DNA from: Thermoanaerobaculia bacterium
GTDB lineage: Bacteria > Acidobacteriota > Thermoanaerobaculia > UBA5066 > Gp7-AA6
Reading direction: 5' to 3'
DNA: 64,000 nt
NCBI GenBank assembly: GCA_035500755.1
Contig: DATJXB010000067.1
Coordinates: 36,023-100,022 of the forward strand
Part shown: positions 28,969 through 38,505 of the stretch, in pieces
How positions within the stretch are numbered: the stretch's first letter is position 1
Layout: every line of letters starts with the position of its first letter
Notes under the pieces: model-generated
What the model was told of the DNA's origin: nothing
Databases searched by the model: none
Seen by the model: the letters and a program-made list of their open reading frames with translations, nothing else
Made by a program: the position numbers and the translations under genes

Positions 28969-29669
28969 ATGGCCGGAAAGCCGCGCTCCTCGGCCCGTCT
29001 GCGCACGACGCTCGACCGGGTCCTCGTTCACGACGTCAAGAACGTTTCCTTCCGCCTGCGGCTGCTGCTGTCCAATCTCGACGAGCACTGGGACGATCCC
29101 CAGTTCCGGGAGACCGTCAAGGAGCTGCTGGCTTCGACGGTCGAGCGCCTCGAGCAAGCCGTCGGGCGGCTCTCGACCGACGAGGACGCCGTCCTCATCA
29201 AGGTCTCGCTCGACGTCAACGGCCTGATCCACGAGGTCGTCGCCCGGCCGCCGCGGCGGCAGCGTCCCGGGGCCCGGGCGGCCCCGGCGCGCCTCGCCCT
29301 CGGACAGGTGCCCCGGATCTGGGGCGACCCGTTCTACCTAGGCGACGCCTTCGCGAGCCTGCTCGAGAACGCGGCCGAGGCCGCCGGTCCGGACGGCCGG
29401 GTGCTGGTGCGGACGTTCGCGACGGGCTCCGGCCGGCGCGCGCGCGTCGTGGTCGAGGTCATCGACAACGGATCCGGGATGACCCAGGAATTCCTGCGCG
29501 ACCGCCTCTTCCGGCCGTTCGAGACCACCAAGCCCGAGGGCGTCGGGCTCGGTCTGGCGACGGCCAGCCAGATCGTGCGCTTCCACCGCGGGACGATCCG
29601 GATCCTGTCGCAGCCGGGCGGCGGCACCCTCGTGCGCTGCGCGTTCCCGGCGGCCGCGGAGGCCTCGCC

Positions 29670-29673
<4 letters not shown>
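28969..29673 (+). CDS. Soluble sensor histidine kinase (HisKA + HATPase_c, essentially no sensor domain)
   Basis: 234 aa: H-box VLVHDVKNVSFRL; ATP-lid motifs ...ENAAEAAGPDGRVLVRT...VIDNGSGM...GVGLGLA. Confidence 0.8.
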
Positions 29674-31040
<1,367 letters not shown>

Positions 31041-31163
31041 GTAGATTAATTATTCAACCGACGGCGAGTTAATTTTTCATCCTCCCGGTATCGTGGGAAA
31101 GCGACCAGGCCGTAAACATCTGAAAGATAAAGATCAGATTAGAGACGCCGAGCCACGGCAGGC

Positions 31164-31179
31164 TGGCCCCGGTCTTGCG
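31164..31179 (+). promoter_or_regulatory. Sigma-54 (-24/-12) promoter for the repeat-peptide gene
   Basis: TGGCCC-cggtc-TTGCG versus consensus TGGCAC-N5-TTGCA. GG and GC elements at correct spacing. About 11 nt from the implied TSS, about 30 nt upstream of RBS/ATG. Directly downstream of the sigma-54 activator gene. Confidence 0.65.
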
Positions 31180-31209
31180 ATGAACGCTGGCCAGGAGGGA
31201 AGAAATCAA

Positions 31210-31554
31210 ATGGCCAACGAAGTGAAAATCAGACTGACGGACGCCCAGAAGGCGAAGATCAAGGAAGCCACTGGGAAGGACCTTCCGGAGATTCACGTCG
31301 AGAGTTTCGGCTCCACGCCGGCGGTTTCGGCGCCCGCTCCGAGCGCTTCGCTCAAGTCGGCGAAGTCGATGCGCGCGGCGAAGTCGCTCCGCGCCGCCAA
31401 GTCGATGCGCGCGGCGAAGTCGCTCCGCGCGGCGAAGTCCATGCGGTCGGCCAAGTCGATGAAGGCGGCGAAGTCGATGCGCTCGGCCAAGTCCATGCGC
31501 TCCGCCAAGTCGATGCGCTCGGCCAAGTCGATGCGGTCGGCCAAGTCGCTCTAA
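31210..31554 (+). CDS. Small secreted-peptide-like protein: 48-aa N-terminal region followed by ~11 tandem basic hexapeptide repeats (AKSMRS/AKSLRA)
   Basis: ATG at 31210 with RBS AGGAGGGAAG 7 nt upstream: MANEVKIRLTDAQKAKIKEATGKDLPEIHVESFGSTPAVSAPAPSASLKS(AKSMRA)(AKSLRA)...(AKSL). Table ORF 31093-31554 is the same frame with a longer, RBS-less start. A rho-independent terminator follows. Confidence 0.7.
   Translation: MANEVKIRLTDAQKAKIKEATGKDLPEIHVESFGSTPAVSAPAPSASLKSAKSMRAAKSLRAAKSMRAAKSLRAAKSMRSAKSMKAAKSMRSAKSMRSAKSMRSAKSMRSAKSL
31351..31554 (+). repeat. Tandem 18-bp direct repeat (~11 units, consensus GCSAAGTCGATGCGCKCG), in-frame within the peptide gene
   Basis: Units begin at 31360, 31378, 31396, ... 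Each encodes A-K-S-[ML]-[RK]-[AS]. Not CRISPR: no unique spacers. Confidence 0.9.
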
Positions 31555-31573
31555 TCCCGGTCCGAAGCAGGAA

Positions 31574-31603
31574 CGCCCCGCTTCGGCGGGGCGTTTTTTT
31601 TTG
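31574..31603 (+). terminator. Rho-independent terminator after the repeat-peptide gene
   Basis: gccccgc-ttcg-gcggggc followed by a 9-T run. Confidence 0.75.
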
Positions 31604-31699
31604 CGGTTCTAGCGGCGGCTCGACGCCGCCGAACAGGAGCAGGCGGCCGCTACCGACCAGCCCATGGTTGTGGCGCGGCCTCGCGGGGAAGAGTCGCCG

Positions 31700-33853
31700 C
31701 TACCACCAGATCACGGTCTGGAGCCAGTGGCGCAGGACGCGCCACGAGCGCGACAGAAACGAGCGCCGGCCGAGCGAGATCTTGGCGTGCCCGGTCATGC
31801 CGGGCAGATAAGCGCCATCGGGGTTGTCGAAGGCGACGACCGCCACGAAACGCTCCGGCAGGTCGCGCGCCCGGAGCGTCTGCGTCGTGCCGTCGGCGGT
31901 GTGGGGCAGCTCGTGCGCCGCCGCGCCGACCTGGACGATGCGTCCTTCGAGGATCCGCGCGGGTCTCGCCCTCAGCTGCATCGCCACCGGTGCCCCCGGG
32001 TGCAGGTAGGCGAGCAGGCGCTCGGAGACGGGAATCTCGGCCTTCAGTCGGTCGCACTCGCCGACGCGCGCGATGACGGCACCGGCGGGAACGAAGCGAT
32101 CCGCCAGGTCCTGGGTTCGGCGGGTGAGCAGGCGCCCGGCGATGGGGCTCTCGACCGAGAGGCGCCGCAGGCGATCCTCCTCGCGGGCGAGCGCCATCGC
32201 GGCGGCGACCTCGCGGTTCTCGGCGTGGAAGACACCCTGGGCGTCGGCGGCGTCGCGCTGCCGGCTCGTGCGCTTGCGCGAGGCGTCGCGGACGGCCGAG
32301 GCGCCGGCGAATCCGGACGCGACGTCGGGGCTGTCGAGGACCGCGACGACGTCGCCCATCTTCACGCGGTCGCCTTCGCGGAAGCGCACGGCGACGATCG
32401 TGCCGTCGTCGGGCGCCTGGATCGCCGCCTCGGTCCAGGGTTGCAGCTCCGCCTCCGTCTCCAGTCTCCACGGCGCCCAGGGCACGATCAGTGCCAGCAG
32501 GAGGACGGCCCCTCCGGCGACGAGAGCCGTCCGGGATCGACGGGACATGAGCAACTCCTTCTTGTCGAGGTAGAGGAGGCGGAGGCCCTGGAGGAACGCG
32601 CGGACGTCCTTCCGGAAGAGGCGCAGCAGCGTCAGGATCAGGAGAACGAGGGCGACGTGGGGGAAGTATTTCGCGTAGAAGTTGTAGAAGAGCTTCGCGA
32701 GGAACACCATGATGAAGACGGTGAACCCGAGGGCGAGCGGGGCGTAGACGAGGAAGATCCGGCGCTTGCGCCGCGACAGGACCGGCACCTCGACGTTCAG
32801 GCGCAGGACGTGGCGCTTGAGCAGCGCGCCCAGGTACTCGATCGAGTCCTCGCGCAGCTCCGGGATCTCGAGGACGCTGCACAGGGCGTGGTAGCCGTCG
32901 ACCTTGCGGAGCGGGTTGATGTTGAAGAAGAGCGTGGAGATGCCCGTGAAGAGCATCAGCTTGTACGCGAGCTCGTGAAGCAGCGTGTCGGGGTACGACG
33001 CCACCCAGGCCGCGACCGCGAAGCTGCAGATGATCGCCTCGATGTACATGCCGGCCAGCACGACCCACAGCCGGTGCCACTTGTTCTGGAAGAGCAGCGC
33101 GTCGGTCGTGTCGCAGTAGAACGCCGGCATGAAGTAGAGCAGCGCGACGCCGATGTCGTGGACGTCGCCGCCGTAGAACTTGCAGACGTAGCCGTGCGCC
33201 ATCTCGTGGATCAGGCCGATGCCGCAGAGGATGACGAAGAACTGGACCGCGTCCCAGAACGGTTTGCGGAGAAACGCGTAGAGCTCGAGTGTCTGCTCCC
33301 AGATCGGGCCGAAGTGCCGGACGATGACGCCGGTCATCAGCGCGATCATCACGAGCGACACGGCGACGGTGGCGGGGCGCCAGATCCAGCGGACGTACTT
33401 CTGGGTCCGGTTCATGAACTCGTTCGGGTCGAAGACGTGGAAGGGGATGAGGAAGATGTCGAACCCTTCCGCCTTCTGCTCCGCCGTCCGGCGACGCGCG
33501 TCCTTGATCCAGTTCAGCTGCTCGAGGTTGCGCTCGACGGAGGACTTCTCGAGCAGGTCCATGTTCCGGAGAGACTCTTCGTACTCCGGGACGAGCGAGG
33601 CCTCGATCGGCTCGGTGAAGCGGGCCTGGTACGCGTCGTGGATCTCGGACAGAGTCCGCGTTCCGTCGAAGAGCTTCATGAGGTCCCAGGTGGCCTCGTC
33701 GAAGCTGTAGTACTGGGTCCGGTCGGGATTCTTGACGACCCAGTTGACCTCGCCCATCTGAACGACGCGGCGAATGACGAGGTTGCTCTTCAACCGCGGC
33801 CGGCCGGTCGAGCCCTTCTTGAACGCGGCCAGGGGAGCCGCGCCCGACTCCAT
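31700..33853 (-). CDS. Three-part fusion: N-terminal PqqD-like RiPP-recognition-element (RRE) domain, site-2-protease (peptidase M50) polytopic metalloprotease, C-terminal HlyD-like periplasmic domain
   Basis: C-terminal 717 aa of table ORF 31700-35161 (MESGAAP... start; MGEVNWVV at 33757 is the alternative). N-terminus ...YYSFDEATWDLMKLFDGTRTLSEIHDAYQARF...VPEYEESLRNMDLL fits the PqqD pattern (LNETGAxIWxLxDGxRTVxEI...). HEXXH (LIHEMAHGYV) inside a TM helix plus NINPLRKVDGYH (NxxPxxxxDG), the S2P signatures. C-terminal ...GTIVAVRFREGDRVKMGDVVAVLD...SPIAGRL... is HlyD/biotin-lipoyl-like. The upstream part of the table ORF overlaps the GAF gene out of frame. Confidence 0.75.
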   Translation of the reverse strand: MESGAAPLAAFKKGSTGRPRLKSNLVIRRVVQMGEVNWVVKNPDRTQYYSFDEATWDLMKLFDGTRTLSEIHDAYQARFTEPIEASLVPEYEESLRNMDLLEKSSVERNLEQLNWIKDARRRTAEQKAEGFDIFLIPFHVFDPNEFMNRTQKYVRWIWRPATVAVSLVMIALMTGVIVRHFGPIWEQTLELYAFLRKPFWDAVQFFVILCGIGLIHEMAHGYVCKFYGGDVHDIGVALLYFMPAFYCDTTDALLFQNKWHRLWVVLAGMYIEAIICSFAVAAWVASYPDTLLHELAYKLMLFTGISTLFFNINPLRKVDGYHALCSVLEIPELREDSIEYLGALLKRHVLRLNVEVPVLSRRKRRIFLVYAPLALGFTVFIMVFLAKLFYNFYAKYFPHVALVLLILTLLRLFRKDVRAFLQGLRLLYLDKKELLMSRRSRTALVAGGAVLLLALIVPWAPWRLETEAELQPWTEAAIQAPDDGTIVAVRFREGDRVKMGDVVAVLDSPDVASGFAGASAVRDASRKRTSRQRDAADAQGVFHAENREVAAAMALAREEDRLRRLSVESPIAGRLLTRRTQDLADRFVPAGAVIARVGECDRLKAEIPVSERLLAYLHPGAPVAMQLRARPARILEGRIVQVGAAAHELPHTADGTTQTLRARDLPERFVAVVAFDNPDGAYLPGMTGHAKISLGRRSFLSRSWRVLRHWLQTVIWW

Positions 33854-33894
33854 GGGGGCGGCGGAGGCGAGTCGGGCCGTCCGCGGCCTGGCGC

Positions 33895-36357
33895 TCACGG
33901 CAGCAGCGGCCAGAGCTTGAGCCAGAAGTAGCGCACGGGCTTGCGGAAGAGGGCGTAGCCGAGCGGTCGGGTCGCCGCCGCGACCTTTCCCGTGCCGAGC
34001 ATCCCGGGCTTCATCGCTTCGTCCGGGTTGTCGACGCGGGCCTCCGCGATGACGAAGCTCTCCTCGCCTTCCTGGCGGAGCTCCGCGCCGACGCGCTCGA
34101 CCCGGCCGCGGAACACGCGTGTCGGGTAAGGATTCATTTTCAGCGCGACCGGCTGACCCGCCTTGACCAGCGCGGCCTCGGCTTCGGGGACGGCGACTTC
34201 GGCGGTGACGCTGCCCAGATCGGCGACGATCGCGAGCTCCGCGCCGCGGGCGAGCGCCTGTCCGACGCGCTGCTCGACGTGCGGCGTGATCAGGACGCCG
34301 GCCGCCGGAGCGCGCAGAAGGGTCTTGGCGAGCTGCTCCTCGGCGAGCGCCCGCCGGGCCTTCTGCTCCTCGCACCGCGCGCGGGCCTCGAACATCGCCG
34401 CGGCGTCGCCCTCCTGGGTGTGCTGCGCGACGTCGCTCTCGGCGATCGCGAGGGCCGCCGAGGCCTCGGCCAGCGCGGCCCGGTAGGACTCGTCCTTCAG
34501 CGTCGCGACGACGTCGCCGGCGGCGACGCGGTCGCCCTCGCGGTGGAGGACCTCTTTGACGACGCCCTCGACGGCGGCCGTGATGGCGGCCCGGCGCGCC
34601 GGGAGCACGCGGACCGGCCCCTCCACGCGAATCTTCCACGGCACCGCGACAAGGGCGACCAGCACGATCCCCGCGCCGATCAGCCACGCCTGCCGCCGAC
34701 GGATCGGGATGTCGAGAAGCTTCCGGCGCTTCTCGAGCAGGGGGGCCAGGAACCCGGCGAGCGGGACCTGCTGATAGAGCTGGGCGTTGCGGACGGCGAC
34801 GGTGGCCTGGTTGACGAGGATCGCGAGCAGGTCGCGGTTCCCTTCGTCGAAGGCGAGGGGCTCGGCGCTCTCGAAGCCGAGCGCGCCGAGTTTTCCCTCC
34901 TCGTCCTTGAGGAGGACGCCGAAGAACGACTTGAGGCCCGTCTCGGCGAAGATTGCCCGGAACTTCTCGACCGTCTCCGGCCGCTCGGCCGTGATCTCGC
35001 CGTCCTCGGTCTGGGTGACGGCGACGTCGGTGCCGGAGAGGAAGACCCAGTTGAGCAGATCGTCCAGGCGCCGGACGTTCGGGTCCTTGCGGTCGATCTC
35101 CTTGGCCCCCGAGACGGCGCCGAGGCGGAACCGCCCCTTCTCGAAAATGCCGATGGCGCACCGGTCGTACGGGATCAGCGCGGACGTGGCGTTGACGACC
35201 GTGGCCATGACCTTGTCGAGGTCGAGGGTCGCCGTGATCTCGCGGCTGACGGCGAGCAGGGCGTCGAGCTCTTCGACCTTCTTCTCGGCCTCGTGCTGCC
35301 GCGCGGTGCGGAGCGCGCGCACCGCCTGGCGCGACAGGTCGGCGAGGAGCTCCTCGTCTTCCGCCGAGAACTCGGGGTGGCGGCCGCGCTTGTTGACGAG
35401 GACGAGCGCGCCCACGGGGATCTCGTCCTCCACGAGCGCGATGCCGAGCACCGAGCGCGCGAGGTAGCCGTCGTTCTCCGTGGCGACGGGATCACCTTCG
35501 GGGATCCGGTTGCGCCGCAGCGGCGCCTGGTCGGCCAGGAGGTCGCCGACGACCGGGCTCCCGACGGCCTCGGGCGCGTTCTCGACGTCGTAGTTCTCGT
35601 TGAGAGCGGTCGCGGCGAGCGTCACGTCCTCGCCGTCGAGCCGCCAGAGGGACGCGACCTCGGCGGTCAGGAAGTCGGCCGCTTTGCGCACGATGAGGTC
35701 CGAGAGCTCTTGCTCGTCGATGGTCGACCCGAACGCCTTCGAGAGGTCGTAAAGATTCGTCAGGCGCTCGATGGCGTGGAGCATGCCGACGGTCTTGCGC
35801 TCGGAGCGCAGGGCCCGGCCGAGGGCCGGCGCCGCCTGCTCGAGAAAGCGCTCGAGCCGCGCGAGCGCCTCGTCGGCGTCGGGCATCTCGGTGAAAAAGA
35901 GCGCCAGGAGTCCGACGACGAGGTTCTCGGCTTCGAGCGGCACCGCGAGGCACGCGCGGAAGCCGGGCGGCAGGCCGCGGACGAACGGGTCGCCGTCCGT
36001 GAGCTCCGCACCCGTCAGCACGATCGGCTGCCGGTCGCGGACGAGGTCGTGGACGAAACCGGTCTCTCGAGGCGCCGAACGCCTCAGGAATTTGTCGACG
36101 CCCTCGCCGGAGGCGCCGATGCAGAGAAAGAGCGGGTTGACGGTGTCGGGCGCCCAGAGCAGCGTCGCGTCGGCGCCGGCCATGACCGTGCTCCACCGGG
36201 CCGCCCAGCCGGAAGTCTGGGACAGGTTCTCGCAGAGGGCCAGCTCGGCGAGCGCCGTGACCTCCGCCTCCGCCGCCGAGGTGTCGGCCTCCTCGGCCGC
36301 GTCGCCGTCCTCCCCGTCGACCGGTTCGTCCTCCGGATCCTCGGGTTCGTCCGCCAA
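33895..36357 (-). CDS. Acidic N-terminal tail + three GAF domains + TM + C-terminal HlyD-like periplasmic domain
   Basis: 820 aa: MADEPEDPEDEPVDGEDGDAAEEADTSAAEAE (acidic), three GAF-like blocks (ends ...VGLLALFF, ...VGALVLVNKRG, ...LGALGFESAEP), a TM helix (WLIGAGIVLVALVAVPW) and an HlyD-like domain (...AAITAAVEGVVKEVLHREGDRVAAGDVVATL...LRAPAAGVL...). Confidence 0.8.
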   Translation of the reverse strand: MADEPEDPEDEPVDGEDGDAAEEADTSAAEAEVTALAELALCENLSQTSGWAARWSTVMAGADATLLWAPDTVNPLFLCIGASGEGVDKFLRRSAPRETGFVHDLVRDRQPIVLTGAELTDGDPFVRGLPPGFRACLAVPLEAENLVVGLLALFFTEMPDADEALARLERFLEQAAPALGRALRSERKTVGMLHAIERLTNLYDLSKAFGSTIDEQELSDLIVRKAADFLTAEVASLWRLDGEDVTLAATALNENYDVENAPEAVGSPVVGDLLADQAPLRRNRIPEGDPVATENDGYLARSVLGIALVEDEIPVGALVLVNKRGRHPEFSAEDEELLADLSRQAVRALRTARQHEAEKKVEELDALLAVSREITATLDLDKVMATVVNATSALIPYDRCAIGIFEKGRFRLGAVSGAKEIDRKDPNVRRLDDLLNWVFLSGTDVAVTQTEDGEITAERPETVEKFRAIFAETGLKSFFGVLLKDEEGKLGALGFESAEPLAFDEGNRDLLAILVNQATVAVRNAQLYQQVPLAGFLAPLLEKRRKLLDIPIRRRQAWLIGAGIVLVALVAVPWKIRVEGPVRVLPARRAAITAAVEGVVKEVLHREGDRVAAGDVVATLKDESYRAALAEASAALAIAESDVAQHTQEGDAAAMFEARARCEEQKARRALAEEQLAKTLLRAPAAGVLITPHVEQRVGQALARGAELAIVADLGSVTAEVAVPEAEAALVKAGQPVALKMNPYPTRVFRGRVERVGAELRQEGEESFVIAEARVDNPDEAMKPGMLGTGKVAAATRPLGYALFRKPVRYFWLKLWPLLP

Positions 36358-36397
36358 CTTGTCCTCGCCGAGCGTGGGCCGTGCCCGGTCGGCCGGC

Positions 36398-36733
36398 CTA
36401 GAAGCTGGAGACTGCCGCCTCGAGATCCTCGTGGATCTCGAAGACGGAGTCGAGCTTGGTCATCTGGAGGAGCTTGCGGACCTGCTGGCCGGCGTGGAGG
36501 AGCTTGGCCTGACCGCCCTCCTTCTGGGCGAGCGTGAGCGCCCGCACGAGCGCGCCGAGGCCGGAGCTGTCGAGGAAGCCGACCGCCTTCAAGTCGACGA
36601 GCAGGTTGGTCTTGCCCTCTTCGAGCAGACGCGTGACCGTCTTCTTGAACGTCGTCTCGGGCTCGCCGATGACGAGGTCTCCAACCACCGTCAGAATCGT
36701 GACGTCGCCGTCTTCGCTTGTCGTCAGGTCCAT
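36398..36733 (-). CDS. STAS-domain protein (anti-sigma-factor antagonist, SpoIIAA-like), first gene of the GAF-HlyD / M50-HlyD operon
   Basis: 111 aa from internal Met of table ORF 36398-38395: MDLTTSEDGDVTILTVVGDLVIGEPETTFKKTVTRLLEEGKTNLLVDLKAVGFLDSSGLGALV... Conserved DSSGLG phosphorylatable-serine region. Confidence 0.8.
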   Translation of the reverse strand: MDLTTSEDGDVTILTVVGDLVIGEPETTFKKTVTRLLEEGKTNLLVDLKAVGFLDSSGLGALVRALTLAQKEGGQAKLLHAGQQVRKLLQMTKLDSVFEIHEDLEAAVSSF

Positions 36734-36814
36734 TGGAACGGGGCGGATTATGTCAAAAAAGGCCCGGCGCGCCAGTGGGGAGGCCGGGGCTTGAAAGGCG
36801 GTAAATTGCACCCC

Positions 36815-37825
36815 ATGACGACTCTCGATCGCCGCCGGTTCGTCGCCCTGTCCGCCGGGTCGCTCGCCGCGCTGCGCTGGCGGCAACCCGCGCCCCCGGC
36901 GCCCACGCCCGCGGCGGAGGTCAAGACCGCCGGCATCCGGATGATCCCGGTCGAGGGCGGCAAGTACAAGGTCTGGACCAAGAAGCTCGGCGCCGGGAAG
37001 ATCAAGGTGCTCACGCTGCACGGCGGTCCGGGCGTCACGCACGAGTACTTCGAGTGCTTCGAGGACTTCCTGCCGCAGGCGGGGATCGAGTTCTACTACT
37101 ACGACCAGCTCGGCTCCTTCTACTCCGATCAGCCGGAGGACAAGAGCCTGTGGACGATCGAGCGCTTTCGCGACGAGGTCGAGCAGGTGCGCCTCGCCCT
37201 CGGGCTCGACCACTTCTTCCTCTACGGGCAGTCTTGGGGAAGCATGCTCGCGATCGACTACGCGCTGAAGTACCAGAGCCACCTGAAGGGCCTGGTCCTC
37301 TCGAGCATGACGGCCTCGATCGCTTCCTACGTCGAGTACGTCAACAAGCTGCGGGCGCGGCTGCCGCCCGAGGTTCTCGCGGTGCTCGTCAGGTACGAGA
37401 GCCAGGGCCAATTCGACGCGCCCGAGTACCAGGAAGTGATGTTCAAGGAGGTCTACGGCCGGCACGTCTGCCGGCTCGACCCCTGGCCGGACCCGGTCGC
37501 CCGGGCGTTCAAGCATTTGAATCCGCAGGTCTACAACACGATGCAGGGGCCGAACGAGTTCGTGGTGACGGGGACGTTCAAGGACTGGGACCGCTGGAAG
37601 GACCTGCCGAAGATCCAGACCCCGACGCTCCTGATCGGGGCGACCCACGACGAGATGAATCCCGAGGACATCGAGAAGATGGGCCGCCTGATCCCCGACT
37701 CGCGGGTCGCGATCTGCCCGAACGGCAGCCACCTGGCGATGTGGGACGACCAGGAGGCCTATTTTCGGGCCCTGATCCCCTTCCTGCTGGACGTCGAGGC
37801 GGGGCGCTTTCCCTCGCGGTCGTAA
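36815..37825 (+). CDS. Alpha/beta hydrolase (proline iminopeptidase family), TAT signal
   Basis: In-frame ATG at 36815 of table ORF 35771-37825: MTTLDRRRFVALSAGSLAAL... GQSWGS nucleophile elbow, HGGPG oxyanion motif. Confidence 0.8.
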   Translation: MTTLDRRRFVALSAGSLAALRWRQPAPPAPTPAAEVKTAGIRMIPVEGGKYKVWTKKLGAGKIKVLTLHGGPGVTHEYFECFEDFLPQAGIEFYYYDQLGSFYSDQPEDKSLWTIERFRDEVEQVRLALGLDHFFLYGQSWGSMLAIDYALKYQSHLKGLVLSSMTASIASYVEYVNKLRARLPPEVLAVLVRYESQGQFDAPEYQEVMFKEVYGRHVCRLDPWPDPVARAFKHLNPQVYNTMQGPNEFVVTGTFKDWDRWKDLPKIQTPTLLIGATHDEMNPEDIEKMGRLIPDSRVAICPNGSHLAMWDDQEAYFRALIPFLLDVEAGRFPSRS

Positions 37826-38087
37826 CCCTCGCCCGGGGGCGGCATCGAATCTCCGGCGGGATGAGATCCGGGACGTCCGGTTTCTCGTATTCGTGTCTGG
37901 AGGTCCTCGAAGGCCGCATGAATCTTGACGTCGCGGCGGGGAGGCGGAGGTAAGATTCGGCGCCAATGGCGCTCCCCGCGGGAGGAGCGCGAGGCAAACC
38001 GGTCGATCGCAGGCGTAGCTCGGCACGGCCATGTCGGCTGGACCGAATTCGATGACGCCCCGTCGGGGCAAGAAAAGGAGACTGGGG

Positions 38088-38495
38088 ATGAAGAAGGGTG
38101 ACCTGACGACGAAGGCGATCGGGTTGGCGATCGCCGGCGTGCTCGCGGGCTCGGGCCTGGCGAGCGCGATTCCTGCCAAGAACGCGAGCGCGAAGACGAC
38201 CGCCGGCGACGAGAAGGCCAAGGACACGAAGGCCGCGTCGGACAAGCACGTCTGCAAGGGCCAGAACTCCTGCAAGGGCAAGGGCGGCTGCAAGAGCGGC
38301 GACGCCGGCTGCGCGGGCAAGAATTCCTGCAAGGGCAAGGGTGGCTGCGCCTCGGCCGACATGAAGCACTCCTGCAAGGGCATGAACTCCTGCAAGGGTC
38401 ACGGCGGCTGCAAGACGGGCGACGGCGGCTGCGCGGGCAAGAACTCCTGCAAGGGCAAGGGCGGCTGCGCGGTCCCGGTCAAGAAGGCGGCGTAA
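38088..38495 (+). CDS. Bufferin-like RiPP precursor (BUF_6/12Cys type): Sec signal peptide + 12-Cys core of four CKGxNSCKGKGGC-type repeats
   Basis: ATG at 38088 with RBS AAAAGGAG: MKKGDLTTKAIGLAIAGVLAGSGLASAIPAKNASA... then ...HVCKGQNSCKGKGGCKSGDAGCAGKNSCKGKGGCASADMKHSCKGMNSCKGHGGCKTGDGGCAGKNSCKGKGGCAVPVKKAA. Lower GC than flanks. Immediately upstream of the MNIO + DUF2063 genes. Confidence 0.75.
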   Translation: MKKGDLTTKAIGLAIAGVLAGSGLASAIPAKNASAKTTAGDEKAKDTKAASDKHVCKGQNSCKGKGGCKSGDAGCAGKNSCKGKGGCASADMKHSCKGMNSCKGHGGCKTGDGGCAGKNSCKGKGGCAVPVKKAA

Positions 38496-38505
38496 GTCGG
38501 ATCCG

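Noticed and set aside
31351-31554. Regular 18-bp repeats considered as a possible CRISPR array
   Set aside because: There are no unique spacers, the units are contiguous and in-frame within a translated ORF with RBS and terminator, and the period (18 bp) is far shorter than CRISPR repeat+spacer units.
31650-33931. 476-aa minus and 755-aa plus ORFs over the M50-HlyD gene
   Set aside because: Out-of-frame or antisense to a frame with unmistakable HExxH/NxxPxxxxDG and HlyD motifs.
36740-36815. TTGACA / TTGAAA hexamers in the STAS-hydrolase divergent region as sigma-70 promoters
   Set aside because: No -10 element could be found at appropriate spacing on either strand. Left unannotated.
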